A stretch of 64,000 bases of DNA from Thermoplasmatota archaeon. GTDB lineage: Archaea > Thermoplasmatota > Penumbrarchaeia > Penumbrarchaeales > Penumbrarchaeaceae. Below, piece by piece: positions 19,201-28,839 of this stretch (positions are counted from its first letter, which is position 1; each line of letters opens with the position of its first letter). The DNA lies in NCBI GenBank assembly GCA_029762535.1, contig JARVGK010000008.1, positions 42,529 to 106,528 on the forward strand. The letters run 5' to 3'. Position numbers and translations under genes: made by a program. The notes under the pieces were generated by a model. The model had not been told where the DNA came from, did no database searches, and was given only the letters and a program-made list of their open reading frames with translations.

Positions 19201-20007
19201 GGGAAGGTCAGGGCCATGCCGATAGGTCTGCCCGAGGCACCCTTCGATGTCCGCATAGACGAGCTGGACCAGACCCTGGTCCTGAGATGGTCCGTGCCAA
19301 AAGATGACGGCGGGTCCGCGATAACGACCTTCATCATCTTGAGAGGGGGAGGACCGGATGATCTGTCGTTCCTGGCAAGGATCCCCGCTGTGACGTATTA
19401 CAGCGATCACAATCTCGACAACGGTAAAAGGTACTTCTACAGGATCTCATCCGAGACAAGATACGTCTCGGGAGAACCCTCCGATATCGTGAGCGGATCC
19501 CCATGCGGGCTGCCCTTCCCCCCCTCAGGTCTGCGGGGGAAGGTGGAACGCGGAAGGGTCGAGTTGAGCTGGGACCTGCCTTACAGCGACGGCGGAAGGT
19601 CCATTGTGGGCTACAACATCTACAGGATAGACCAAGAGGGGGTTGAGACCGTTCTTGCCAGGAACTCGAGCATGAGATCGTTCGCAGATCATCCGTCCCA
19701 GGGTAGGTATCGTTACGCGGTTAGCGCAACCACGGAAGCGGGAGAAGGAGCCAGGACCGTATCCAGGCCCGTCACGCTCGATATTCGGAGGCAGATGATC
19801 GCGGGAACCGCCATCATTTCACTGGTACTGATCGCGATATGCGTTTTCGTCGGCATAAGGATATATTCCTTCCGTAGAGCGAGGGCGAGCGCCGATCGGG
19901 CCTGGAAGACGTTCGAGATGGACACGCTCAAGCTAGGACGCGCCCGATCGCTCCCGCCGCCGAATCGAGGACGTCGGCTCCTACCACCAGGGGAGGGGCG
20001 AACCTGA
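16294..20007 (+). CDS. Surface protein: SBBP-type beta-propeller, 7 fibronectin type III domains and TM anchor
   Basis: Signal peptide; repeated GxTxSxD(F/L)P and STYxGG blades; 7 repeats of WxxPxxDGG...YxYxVxAxN; C-terminal hydrophobic helix. Confidence 0.88.
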   Translation: MRGSSIAFITLFMLMLSAAVQIGMAEDDAHAGPTSTPSCDLDHVKAAPTRDVHEAIIGSRLIGGSGKEFISSCCDDGGDLIVAGWTTSDDLDAEGAPLHGSYAGDKDIFIARMGMNLSISSLALIGGSMAEEPTGIGVLPDGSVYVAGWTASSDLPAGERSLFNASAGGEDGLLMVLSSDLSRIVFSTYFGGSQNDRINAADAGPDGTIYITGITFSGDLPTTEGSYRNASEATVPYGPDAFVARIDTDGRDIVYSTFLGGIRADSGTAIAIDGSGAAYVSGETSSKDFPITPGVYSNENIYYNYPDIFIAHLSSNGGTLISSTVIGGLYTDQALSVRIGSDGLFVTGRSMSYDFPLTNDAFDSSNPVGNRRSYDGLLLKMPLDLTELDFSSYLGSTENDWISGLDLDEVGNIYITGLVSNARQFVTSHASSPLYNGGDDAFLAITDLSNNLQYFTFIGGGGSDQGTRVLHTSPGRCTIVGQTCSVNFPIRHDTGQDLRGISDAFIMVHATPTPPSAPKIVTSRAGDSRIEIEWAAPKDDGLCSISGYNLQRICVDGNITISLPIQFSYIDTEVKNGIEHEYRVSAVNRLGEGERSEPVIVRPGTIPSEPTNFSIMTGKGFASLEWDPPSHDGWVGIEGYIIQKKDSGSDPIEVLTSNGSYEDSDVKAGSYYSYNVRAYNAMGIGPKSPTIAVRIPTLPDRVRDLKAIPQPGAVLLSWVPPTDDGGAPIEEYVIHRRTAGSGNETSIRWPGLEFLDEGLTPGVEMEYRVAASNLFGEGEPTYWTRVEPYGPPGPPTLLKADAGDGVIVIEWDPPSCDGGRSLSGFRIYKSVDGSDFELAADLSLCSIFFDRDVVNGVLYSYRITARSRAGESEPSSVMNARPVGPPSTPLGLTASKFDGYVELRWSAPMRDGGSELLGYRLLRSAHGNPLRHYRDLPPSTRFSDSDVMNGIEYSYALTAFNEVYEGDMSGKVRAMPIGLPEAPFDVRIDELDQTLVLRWSVPKDDGGSAITTFIILRGGGPDDLSFLARIPAVTYYSDHNLDNGKRYFYRISSETRYVSGEPSDIVSGSPCGLPFPPSGLRGKVERGRVELSWDLPYSDGGRSIVGYNIYRIDQEGVETVLARNSSMRSFADHPSQGRYRYAVSATTEAGEGARTVSRPVTLDIRRQMIAGTAIISLVLIAICVFVGIRIYSFRRARASADRAWKTFEMDTLKLGRARSLPPPNRGRRLLPPGEGRT

Positions 20008-21127
20008 TGGTCTGAGCGTGAGTGTCCTTCGCAAGGATCCCCTCCTCTATCAACTTGTAACAGTAAGGCCTTGCGGGGCCGGCCTCCTCCTTCAGCTCGA
20101 GGGCCACCAGAAGGCCCTTGCCCCTGACCTCCTTGACCTTCGGTGAGCCTATCGCCCTCAGCGCATCCATGAAGCGTTCCCCCAGTCGTTCCGCCCTCTC
20201 GTCGAGGCGCTCATCCTCCAGCACCTGTATGGAGGCGAGGCCTACAGCGGATGCCATTGGATTGCCCCCGAAAGTGGACCCGTGGGATCCAGGGGTGAAA
20301 ACGTCCATGATCTCCCGGTCGGCAAGGACGCCGGAGACGGGATAGAGGCCGCCGCCAAGGGCCTTGCCCACCACAAGGACATCCGGTCGGGCGTCCTCAT
20401 GCATCCATGCAAAGCGCTTTCCCGTCCTGCAGAATCCCGTCTGGACCTCATCGAACATGAGGAGGACGTTCTTCTCAGAGCAGACGCGCCTAACACAGGA
20501 GAGATATCCGGGATCAGGGACCTTGACCCCTGCCTCGCCCTGTATTGGCTCGACGAGGAAGGCGGCGGTGTTATCCGTGATCGCTTCGTCGAGGGCCCTG
20601 GCATCGTTGAAGGGTACGATCTTGAAGCCGGGGGTGAAGGGGCCGAAATCCGAATATGCGTCGGGATCAGTGGACATACCCACGATCGTCGTCGTCCTGC
20701 CGTGGAAGTTCTCGCAGCATACGATGATCTCCGCCTTATCCTTGGGGACTCCCTTCTTGCGGTATGCCCATCTTCGGGCGAGCTTTATGGAGGTCTCCAC
20801 GGCCTCCGCTCCTGTGTTCATGGGGAGCGCGGATCCGAATCCAGTGTATTCGCACAGCTTGTTGAGGAACTCTCCCATCCTGTCGTTGTGGAAGGCCCTG
20901 CTGGTGAGGTCCAGGACATCCAGCTGGTCCTTGAGCGCCTGGACGATCCTGGGATGCCTGTGGCCCTGGTTCACGGCGGAGTACGCGCTGAGGCAGTCTA
21001 AATAGCGCTTCCCCTCCACGTCCCATACCCATGGGCCTTCGGCCCTGGAGAGAACTACCGGCAGCGGATGGTAGTTGTGGGCCCCGTATCTCTCGTCCAG
21101 CTCTATGATCTCCTTCGTCCTTGACAT
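19928..21127 (-). CDS. rocD: Ornithine--oxo-acid aminotransferase
   Basis: AHNYHPLPVV, YSAVNQGHRHP, MNTGAEAVET, EPIQGEAG, DEVQTG, GKALGGG (PLP Lys), HGSTFGGNP. Confidence 0.95.
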   Translation of the reverse strand: MSRTKEIIELDERYGAHNYHPLPVVLSRAEGPWVWDVEGKRYLDCLSAYSAVNQGHRHPRIVQALKDQLDVLDLTSRAFHNDRMGEFLNKLCEYTGFGSALPMNTGAEAVETSIKLARRWAYRKKGVPKDKAEIIVCCENFHGRTTTIVGMSTDPDAYSDFGPFTPGFKIVPFNDARALDEAITDNTAAFLVEPIQGEAGVKVPDPGYLSCVRRVCSEKNVLLMFDEVQTGFCRTGKRFAWMHEDARPDVLVVGKALGGGLYPVSGVLADREIMDVFTPGSHGSTFGGNPMASAVGLASIQVLEDERLDERAERLGERFMDALRAIGSPKVKEVRGKGLLVALELKEEAGPARPYCYKLIEEGILAKDTHAQTIRFAPPLVVGADVLDSAAGAIGRVLA

Positions 21128-21339
21128 ACATCTTCCTCCTTTTCCGTTTCTCCGAGTATATCGCCTGGGGCCGTTATGAGCTGGTCCTAATTATTCTTTG
21201 TTGCGGGCAGGATCCCCTGTTTATTTGGATCCACCTGGCGATCATTTCCCTCCCTCTTTGGGTCCCCACCATAGCGGAAAATGAACGAATGGTCTTGGCG
21301 ATCCGAGTTATGATCGAAAGACCCCAGGGGGGATGAGGA

Positions 21340-23301
21340 TCATCTCATCCTGGCCTTCTTGAGCTCCGTGATCCTGTCGCGGATCACCGCTGCCTCCTCG
21401 AAGCGCAATGAGGATGCCGCCAGATGCATCTCGTTCTCGAGATAGGCGATCAGCTCCTCGATATCCCCTTCCTCGGCCTCGTCAAAGCGATGGTCCTCCT
21501 CGCTGCGGCGGATCCCCTCCGTTATATCCCGGATCTCCTTGACTATGGTCCTGGGCGTTATCCCGTGCTCCTCGTTGAAGGCGATCTGACGCTGTCTCCT
21601 CCTGTTGGTCTCTTCGATGGCCCTGGCCATCGATCCCGTGATGCCATCGGCGTACATTATAACCTTCCCTGCCACGTTCCTCGCCGCCCTGCCTATGGTC
21701 TGGACCAGGGACGTCTCGCTCCTGAGAAAACCCTCCTTGTCGGCATCCAGTATCGCAACCAGGGACACCTCCGGCAGGTCCAGTCCCTCCCTCAGGAGGT
21801 TGATCCCGACGATCACATCGTGCTTTCCCTGCCTCAGGTCCCTGAGTATGTCTATGCGGTCCAGGGTCTTGACGTCGGAATGCAGGTAATTGACCTTGAT
21901 CCCCAGTTCCTTTAGATGATCGGAGAGCATCTCCGCCATCCTCTTCGTGAGCGTGGTCACGAGCGTCCTCTCGCCGGATCTGACCCTGGCCTTTATCTCG
22001 GCCAGGAGATCGTCCATCTGCCCCCTGATCGGCCTCACTTCGATCACGGGGTCCACCAGTCCGGTGGGACGGATTATCTGCTCTATCACGGTATCCGAGA
22101 CCTCTCTCTCGTAAGGTCCGGGGGTCGCCGATGTGAAGAGGACCTTTGATAGCCTCTTCTCAAGCTCACTGAACTTCAAAGGCCTGTTGTCGACGGCGGC
22201 CGGCAGCCGGAAACCGAACTCCACAAGGGTCTCCTTCCTTGAACGGTCCCCGTTGTACATACCTCTCAGCTGGGGGATCGTCACGTGGGATTCGTCTATG
22301 ACCATGAGGTACTCTTCGGGAAAGAAATCCAGGAGGGTGTAGGGCGGCTCGCCTGGCCTCCTACCGTCGAAGTATCTGGAATAGTTCTCTATGCCGTTGC
22401 AGTAGCCGGTCTCCCTGATCATCTCGAGGTCGTAGCGCGTCCTCTGCTCGAGCCTCTGGGCCTCCAGGTATTTCCCGCTCCTTCGGAACCATTCCACCCT
22501 GGCCTTCATGTCAGCCTCGATCGTGCCCATTATCTCCTCGATCCTTTCCGAGGGCAGATTGTAATGTGTCGCGGGGAATACCAGGACCTTGTCGAGGCCT
22601 TCCGTCACGTCACCGGTAGCGGGATGGATCAGATCGACCCTCTCGATAGTGTCATCTGAAAGGGCTATCCTCATGACCGTCTCGTCTATGGAGCAGATCT
22701 CAACGTTTGACCCCCTGACCCTGAACTCACCTCTCTGGAGACCCTCCCCCCTTTCGTACTGCATCTCCACCAACTTGGATAGCAGGTCCTTTCTGGGTAT
22801 CCTCTGCCCGATCGAAAGGGGCATGGAGTTCTTCATGTATTCCTCCGGGGACCCAAGGCCGAATATGCAGGACACGGAGGCGACGATGATGACATCCTTC
22901 CTGGTCATGAGCGCCTGTGTGGCCCTGTGCCTGAGCCTGTCGATCTCCTCGTTGATGGAAGCGTCCTTCTCGATGTACAGGTCCTTTTGCGGAACGTAGG
23001 CCTCCGGCTGGTAGTAATCGTAGTATGAAACGAAATACTCCACGGCGTTATCCGGAAAGAACTGCCTGTACTCGGATGCGAGCTGGGCCGCCAGTGTCTT
23101 GTTGTGGCTTATTACGAGGGTCGGGAGCTGCAGTCTCTCGATCACATTGGCCACAGTGAACGTCTTGCCTGAGCCCGTCACCCCCAGAAGTGTGATCCTC
23201 TCACCTCCTCCTTTGATGGCATCGACGAGACCCTCTATCGCCTGAGGCTGGTCCCCGGAAGGGTAGAATTGGCTTCTGAGAGATAATGGCCCGGGCATCA
23301 T
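21340..23301 (-). CDS. uvrB: Excinuclease ABC subunit B
   Basis: [25 protein letters not shown] beta-hairpin, [14 protein letters not shown]-terminal UVR domain. Confidence 0.98.
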   Translation of the reverse strand: MMPGPLSLRSQFYPSGDQPQAIEGLVDAIKGGGERITLLGVTGSGKTFTVANVIERLQLPTLVISHNKTLAAQLASEYRQFFPDNAVEYFVSYYDYYQPEAYVPQKDLYIEKDASINEEIDRLRHRATQALMTRKDVIIVASVSCIFGLGSPEEYMKNSMPLSIGQRIPRKDLLSKLVEMQYERGEGLQRGEFRVRGSNVEICSIDETVMRIALSDDTIERVDLIHPATGDVTEGLDKVLVFPATHYNLPSERIEEIMGTIEADMKARVEWFRRSGKYLEAQRLEQRTRYDLEMIRETGYCNGIENYSRYFDGRRPGEPPYTLLDFFPEEYLMVIDESHVTIPQLRGMYNGDRSRKETLVEFGFRLPAAVDNRPLKFSELEKRLSKVLFTSATPGPYEREVSDTVIEQIIRPTGLVDPVIEVRPIRGQMDDLLAEIKARVRSGERTLVTTLTKRMAEMLSDHLKELGIKVNYLHSDVKTLDRIDILRDLRQGKHDVIVGINLLREGLDLPEVSLVAILDADKEGFLRSETSLVQTIGRAARNVAGKVIMYADGITGSMARAIEETNRRRQRQIAFNEEHGITPRTIVKEIRDITEGIRRSEEDHRFDEAEEGDIEELIAYLENEMHLAASSLRFEEAAVIRDRITELKKARMR

Positions 23302-23345
23302 CGTTCACCTGAACGCGAACCCCGAAAGCACGGATAGCATATATC

Positions 23346-24059
23346 TCATTTGTTTACCCGCGCGATGCGACCCTCGACAGATACCTTCCCATCGAGGAGC
23401 CATCCTATCACCCTGGGGTACCAGATATGCTCCTGGATCAGTACGCGGCCGGAGAGGGTCTCCTCCGAATCGTCCTCATGGACCTCGACCGGATACTGGA
23501 ATGTGATCGGGCCTCCGTCCACGCTCTCATCTACCAGATGAATGGTAAGTCCCGTGACCTTTACTCCGTGGGCCAAAGCGTCCCTGTGAGCGTGGGAGCC
23601 GGGAAAGGACGGAAGCAGGGATGGGTGTATATTGACTATCCGCCATCTCCATCCACCAACGAAGCTCGGCGAGAGCACCTTCATGAAACCTGCGAGCACG
23701 ACGAGGTCCACCTCGAATTCGACCAATGCCGCATCGATGGCTTCCATGAACCCCTCCTTCGTGAAGGACCTGTGGTCGATGACCCGCCACGGGATCCCGT
23801 GCTCCTTGGCCCTATCGATGGCCAATGCCCCGGGGTTGTTGCAGATCACGACGGCTATGCTGGCATCGAGCTCCCCTCTGTCTATCGAATCGATGATGGA
23901 CTGAAGGTTGGATCCCCTGCCTGATGCCAGGACGCCCAAGTTGCGGCCCTGGAACCGATCGTTCGATATCGCATCGGCCTCGCCTTTTACAGTGGGTATA
24001 TCCACAACAGCTTCCGTGAGGATCCCTCCCTGCGACCTTGTTGTCTGGCGGTCGAACAT
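23346..24059 (-). CDS. purN: Phosphoribosylglycinamide formyltransferase (start uncertain)
   Basis: LASGRGSNLQ, LAGFMKVL, NIHPSLLP and HLVDESVDGGP. Confidence 0.93.
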   Translation of the reverse strand: MFDRQTTRSQGGILTEAVVDIPTVKGEADAISNDRFQGRNLGVLASGRGSNLQSIIDSIDRGELDASIAVVICNNPGALAIDRAKEHGIPWRVIDHRSFTKEGFMEAIDAALVEFEVDLVVLAGFMKVLSPSFVGGWRWRIVNIHPSLLPSFPGSHAHRDALAHGVKVTGLTIHLVDESVDGGPITFQYPVEVHEDDSEETLSGRVLIQEHIWYPRVIGWLLDGKVSVEGRIARVNK

Positions 24060-24088
24060 CCTCCTGACAATTAAAACATGTTGTCGTT

Positions 24089-25657
24089 TCAATGCTTGAA
24101 GAGCCTTACGCCAGTGAACAACATGGCCATCCCGTGCTGGTTCGCGGCATCGATGACCTCCTTGTCCCTGATGGATCCCCCCGGCTGACATATTGCCGCC
24201 ACGCCGGTTGCGGCCAGAGTATCGATGCCGTCCCGAAAGGGGAAGAATGCATCAGATGCTAGGACGGACCCCTCTGCCCTATCACCCGCCTTGTGGGCCG
24301 CCATAAAGCATGAGTCCACTCTGCTCATCTGCCCGGACCCGATCCCGGTGGTGACCTGGTCCTTTGCCAGGACCACGCAGTTGGATTTCACATGCTTGAC
24401 CACCTTGGAGGCGAACACCATGTCCTTTATCTGACCATCCGTTGGAGCCTTTTCCGTTACCTGGACCCAACCGGACGGATCGAAAGGCGGCCATTCCATC
24501 GTCTGCGCGAGGAGGCCGCCCCTTATCTTGACCCATTTCTCCTCCCTCCTCTCCTCCTCAACGATTGGCCTGTCCGTCGATATTATCCTGAGGTTCTTCC
24601 TGGACCTAAGGATGTCCAGTGCAGCTTCATCGAATGCGGGGGCGATCACCACCTCGAAGAACCTCTCCATTATCGACGATGCCGTCTCGACATCGCATCC
24701 GCGGTTCAGACCCACGACGCCGCCGAAAGCGCTCAGCGGGTCGCAATCCAGGGCTCTCAGGAACGCATCCTTCAACTGGTTGTGCTCCGAGGGGCGTCCC
24801 AGAGAGACGCCGGAAGGGTTGTTGTGCTTTATTATAACGCAGCATGGTTCTTCCGGAAATTCCATCAATATGTCAAGGGCAGCGTCCACATCGAATATGT
24901 TATTGTACGAGAGTTCCTTACCTCCAAGTATCCTGGAATTGTGGATGCTCGTTCCAGTGAAAGAGGGCGAACTGTAACACGATCCCCTCTGATGCGGGTT
25001 CTCACCGTATCTGAGGTCCATGGCCTTCTCGAACCTCATCCTGAGATGTTCAGGAAGAACGTCCTCTCCCATTTTATGGACCAGGTATTCAGAAATGGAT
25101 ATGTCGTATGCGCTCACGTGCCTGAAGGCCTTCAATGCCAGGCGGAGCCTGTCATCTTTGGTGAGAGAGCCCTTTTCGATCCTTTCCATGAGAAACGGGT
25201 AATCCCCGGGATCGACAAGGACCGTTACATGCTCATGGTTCTTGGCCGCTGCCCTTATCAGCGAGGGACCGCCAATATCTATCATTTCTATGCATCCCTT
25301 CATATCGGACCCTGGCCTGCGGACCGTCTCCTCGAAGGGATACAGGTTCACGACGACGATGTCCAGAATGGGCAGGTCCATTTCTGCGATGCGCTGCATA
25401 TCCTCATCGTTCTCTCGTCTGCACAGGATACCGCCGTAGATTGCAGGATGCAATGTCTTTACACGTCCACCTAGCATCTCCGGATACCCGGTAAGCTCCT
25501 CGACCGCAACGGATACGATCCCACGGTCCTTGAGATAGCGATGGGTACCGCCCGAGGATACGATAGTGTAGCCCATTTCGATGAGGGCTCCAGCAAGGCT
25601 TTCCAGGGAACGCTTGTCATATACCGATATCAACGCATAACGCGATTTAGCTGTCAC
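24089..25657 (-). CDS. purH: Bifunctional AICAR formyltransferase/IMP cyclohydrolase
   Basis: ALISVYDK, GRVKTLHP, DIGGPSLIRAAAKN, LRYGENPHQ, KHNNP, SDAFFPF, QPGGSIRD, RLFKH. Confidence 0.97.
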   Translation of the reverse strand: MTAKSRYALISVYDKRSLESLAGALIEMGYTIVSSGGTHRYLKDRGIVSVAVEELTGYPEMLGGRVKTLHPAIYGGILCRRENDEDMQRIAEMDLPILDIVVVNLYPFEETVRRPGSDMKGCIEMIDIGGPSLIRAAAKNHEHVTVLVDPGDYPFLMERIEKGSLTKDDRLRLALKAFRHVSAYDISISEYLVHKMGEDVLPEHLRMRFEKAMDLRYGENPHQRGSCYSSPSFTGTSIHNSRILGGKELSYNNIFDVDAALDILMEFPEEPCCVIIKHNNPSGVSLGRPSEHNQLKDAFLRALDCDPLSAFGGVVGLNRGCDVETASSIMERFFEVVIAPAFDEAALDILRSRKNLRIISTDRPIVEEERREEKWVKIRGGLLAQTMEWPPFDPSGWVQVTEKAPTDGQIKDMVFASKVVKHVKSNCVVLAKDQVTTGIGSGQMSRVDSCFMAAHKAGDRAEGSVLASDAFFPFRDGIDTLAATGVAAICQPGGSIRDKEVIDAANQHGMAMLFTGVRLFKH

Positions 25658-25728
25658 GTTTCCCAGGTACCGCGGGTCACAATAAATAAGCCTTTCCCAG
25701 GGGTATATGTGATTAAACGATCACGCGT

Positions 25729-28593
25729 TCAGATGTTCTTCATTCCCTCATTTATGAACTTCATCTCCCGAAGCTTGGATGATGTGCGGTTATGGTAATA
25801 CAGGGATCGGACCTCCTTGAATATTTGATTCGCCCTGGTAACGCTCTCGATCGCCCCCGCCATGTCAAGGGCCTGGAACCTTAGAAGACCGAACTCGAAC
25901 AGAGACCTGGCCAGTTCGTATCTCACCTGTAATGATTCAGCTATCTCCACGGACCTCATCATGCTTTCCGTGGCCCTGTCGGGATCCCTTATCTTGGAGT
26001 AGAGCGACCCGGACACTCGGTGGTAGATCGCCTCGATCAATCCGTCATCGAACTTCCATTCTCCCCCCTCTGGGTTGAGAACGGCGGTCGCCTCCTTGAC
26101 GTTCCCTATCTCGAGCATTAATTCCGCATAATTGACGCTTATCCTGTTCCTCAATTGTGGAAGGTTCATATCCCTGGCGAGGCTGAGCGACATTTCTGCG
26201 AAATTCTCAGCTTCGGCGTACTCGTCCAGCTTCACAAGGACCTTGGCCATGTTCATGTATGCGATCGGCATTGCCTCCTGGACATCGTTCTCCTCCGCCG
26301 TTCGTATCCCCAGTCTGAAATATACCAGGGCCTGGTTGAAGTCGCCCATTTCCAGGTATATGCTGCCCAGGTTCATTATGCCGTCCAGATGCTGGCGGCC
26401 TATCGATCGCATGGGGTTCTCTATATGTAGAAGATGACATTCGATGGCGCGTTTGTAATCACCTTTAAGGTAGTACATCCTCCCCAATCCCATGAAGCAC
26501 ATGGACCTCTCCAGGGAATCCTCTCCTTTTTGAGCGAGATGAAGCGCTTTCATGTAATGATCGATGGACAAGTCCCATTTGTAGAACTTGAGGGTGAGAT
26601 CGCCCAATCTCCTGTTGCAGGTCACGATGTGGGCATCGAGGTCCATGGCCTCGCTGTAGTTCAAGGCCTCCTGATAGGTAATGATCGCCTCGGAGAGCAT
26701 CTCCAGGGACTCCTCAATATCCCCTATACGCATCAACGCCCTCACTCGGAATTCGACCGTTATATCCTCACGGCCCTTCAGGTCCAGGGTCTTCAAGGCG
26801 GTGCTCATGTTCTCAAGGAGCTCCTCTCTGGACATGGCGACGTTAGGCCCCTCGGCTATCTTCATCAGATATTCAAGGGCGCGCATCGGTTCCCCGCCTC
26901 GTATGTAATGATACGAAAGAACGCTGGCGAAGAGGGGAGAATCACGAGGGATTTGGTCCTCAAGGACCCTGGCGCAGGATAGGTGCATGGCATCCCTTTC
27001 CCTTTCTCCGATAAGGTCATATATCGATTCCCGAACCTTCGAATGTTCGAAATTGATATGATCATCGCCTTCTTTAAAGAAGCGCAATGAGATCAAACGG
27101 TCCATGATGTCAAGAAGAACGTCCAACTCGAGATCGAGGGCCCTGCCCAATATCTCTATCGATGCCTGTTTATCCAGGATGGAAGCCATCTCCAGGACCC
27201 TGCGGTCCTCTGCCTCCAAAGACGCCAGTCTCCGTTCCACCAATGATATTGCCGAACGAGGGGTCACTTCCATCATTGGCGGATGAGGGCCGGAGCTATC
27301 GGACCTGACCTTTAACAGTTCGGTCACGAATAACGGGTTCCCATCCGTCTGAAGCATTACCTCATCAAGGAAATCCTCCCCGGGTCGCTCTCCTGTCAAT
27401 TCGAGCAGCATGGAGAGGGTTGCTTTCCTGTCCATCCTCTTCAGGCAGAGCTCCTCGAAGAGATGCTCGCGTGTGAACCGCTTAAGGGCCTCAGCGAGAT
27501 GGGAAGGATTGTTACCCTCCTCTTCAAGCAGGTTCTCGTCCCTGAACGTCCCGATCATAAGATGACCCTGATCGACGATGTTCCTGGCCAGATACTGTAA
27601 CAGGTTGAATGTGGCCTTGTCACCCCAGTGTAGGTCCTCGACGATGGTCAACTGGGGCGCCGTCTTACCCATCTCCCGGAAAAGCTTTGAGAGCACTTCG
27701 ATGATCGATATTGATGGTCTCTGATCCTTTTGCACACCCGCATCGTCGGATCTGGATCCCTCCTCGGCATCGAAGAAGTCGGAAAGGGTCCTCGACCCTT
27801 GACCTATACCGGATATGTTCGGGACTAGAACGAACGCCACTAGACCCCCGTTCTCCCGGCTTATCGAACTGCATATCCCCATAAGGTCGCTTACTCTCTC
27901 TTCGCCGTTCGCGGATATCAATGTGTCCATGTCCCCGAGTATGATGGCCGAGTGATTGAAGGACCTTAGACAGTCCTGGATATACTTCGCTATCCTCTGA
28001 AGCCGGCGGGGGTCCAATCTATCCTTGGGACCGCTTCCCATCCCGACCACCTCGATCCCATCCTCATGTATCATTCTGGACGCGAGCCTGGACTGATCAC
28101 CGATGTAGATCACCCGATATCCTTTCCTGCGAAGGTATTTGATGGACCTGTAAAGCTCCGATACCTGGATTATGTATCCTCCTACGGGCTCATCCTGCGG
28201 GTAGAAGAAGTCCATGAGAATGTCCTTCTCCTCCCCCAAAGCCGGGATCTCCCTGGAGAACTTATCATGTATCCGGGCCATATTCTCAGGATGGCCCTGT
28301 TTCAGGTCCACGCCGAAGAGCTCGACGAGCATTTCCCTGAATGGCTGGTACGGGGCCCTCCTGTATTCCATGCAGCTTGCCCTCAGTATGTGAAAACCCT
28401 TTTTTCTGGCTATGGAACTGACCTCATTGACGAGCCTGCTCTTTCCGATGCCCGCCTCCCCCCTGATGAATACCATCCCTCCTTTCTGTACCAGTGCCAT
28501 GTCTATGGCCTTTAGAAGAACGGCCATCTCCCGATCCCTCGAGATGAGACCGGCGGACCCTTGGGTCTTGTCTAACGGGGCTCCCTGGGACAT
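25729..28593 (-). CDS. STAND/AAA_16-type ATPase with internal DUF835-like insert and C-terminal TPRs
   Basis: GEAGIGKSRL Walker A, IVEDLHWGD Walker B, TDGNPLF, FEHSKVRE and TPR-like helical repeats. Confidence 0.82.
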   Translation of the reverse strand: MSQGAPLDKTQGSAGLISRDREMAVLLKAIDMALVQKGGMVFIRGEAGIGKSRLVNEVSSIARKKGFHILRASCMEYRRAPYQPFREMLVELFGVDLKQGHPENMARIHDKFSREIPALGEEKDILMDFFYPQDEPVGGYIIQVSELYRSIKYLRRKGYRVIYIGDQSRLASRMIHEDGIEVVGMGSGPKDRLDPRRLQRIAKYIQDCLRSFNHSAIILGDMDTLISANGEERVSDLMGICSSISRENGGLVAFVLVPNISGIGQGSRTLSDFFDAEEGSRSDDAGVQKDQRPSISIIEVLSKLFREMGKTAPQLTIVEDLHWGDKATFNLLQYLARNIVDQGHLMIGTFRDENLLEEEGNNPSHLAEALKRFTREHLFEELCLKRMDRKATLSMLLELTGERPGEDFLDEVMLQTDGNPLFVTELLKVRSDSSGPHPPMMEVTPRSAISLVERRLASLEAEDRRVLEMASILDKQASIEILGRALDLELDVLLDIMDRLISLRFFKEGDDHINFEHSKVRESIYDLIGERERDAMHLSCARVLEDQIPRDSPLFASVLSYHYIRGGEPMRALEYLMKIAEGPNVAMSREELLENMSTALKTLDLKGREDITVEFRVRALMRIGDIEESLEMLSEAIITYQEALNYSEAMDLDAHIVTCNRRLGDLTLKFYKWDLSIDHYMKALHLAQKGEDSLERSMCFMGLGRMYYLKGDYKRAIECHLLHIENPMRSIGRQHLDGIMNLGSIYLEMGDFNQALVYFRLGIRTAEENDVQEAMPIAYMNMAKVLVKLDEYAEAENFAEMSLSLARDMNLPQLRNRISVNYAELMLEIGNVKEATAVLNPEGGEWKFDDGLIEAIYHRVSGSLYSKIRDPDRATESMMRSVEIAESLQVRYELARSLFEFGLLRFQALDMAGAIESVTRANQIFKEVRSLYYHNRTSSKLREMKFINEGMKNI

Positions 28594-28723
28594 CTATCGT
28601 TCTTCATGATGGCGATGGATAAAAAGATATCCCAGTCAATTTGATCGTTTGAGGTCGGGCGTGTTCGAACACTTCAACCTTTAAATACGAGAACCCTTTA
28701 AACCCTGAAAGCTTGGAAAAAAA

Positions 28724-28839
28724 CCCGGCTTGGCTCAGTCTGGCTAGAGCGGGGGACTGTAGTTGGATACCGAGATCATCGATCCCGGCACCCCGCCGAT
28801 ATCCCTAGATCCCCGGTTCAAATCCGGGAGCCGGGACCA
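28724..28839 (+). tRNA. tRNA-Tyr(GTA) with a 38-nt intron at 37/38 (28763-28800); CCA encoded
   Basis: Acceptor stem CCCGGCT/AGCCGGG with C1-G72 and A73; anticodon GTA at 28759-28761; T arm CCCGG-TTCAAAT-CCGGG; TTTTAAATA promoter-like element upstream. Confidence 0.95.

Noticed and set aside
17800-19760. Periodic GACGGCGG-like repeats as a possible DNA repeat array
   Set aside because: Explained by the DGG motif of tandem FN3 protein domains
23594-23604. GGGAGCCGGGA match to the tRNA-Tyr att-like repeat
   Set aside because: Only 11 bp and inside the purN coding sequence; plausible by chance
13236-25474. Long antisense ORFs opposite uvrA, rocD and purH (e.g. 13236-14255, 20282-21001, 24392-25474)
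   Set aside because: Shadow frames of conserved genes in GC-rich DNA, with no motifs
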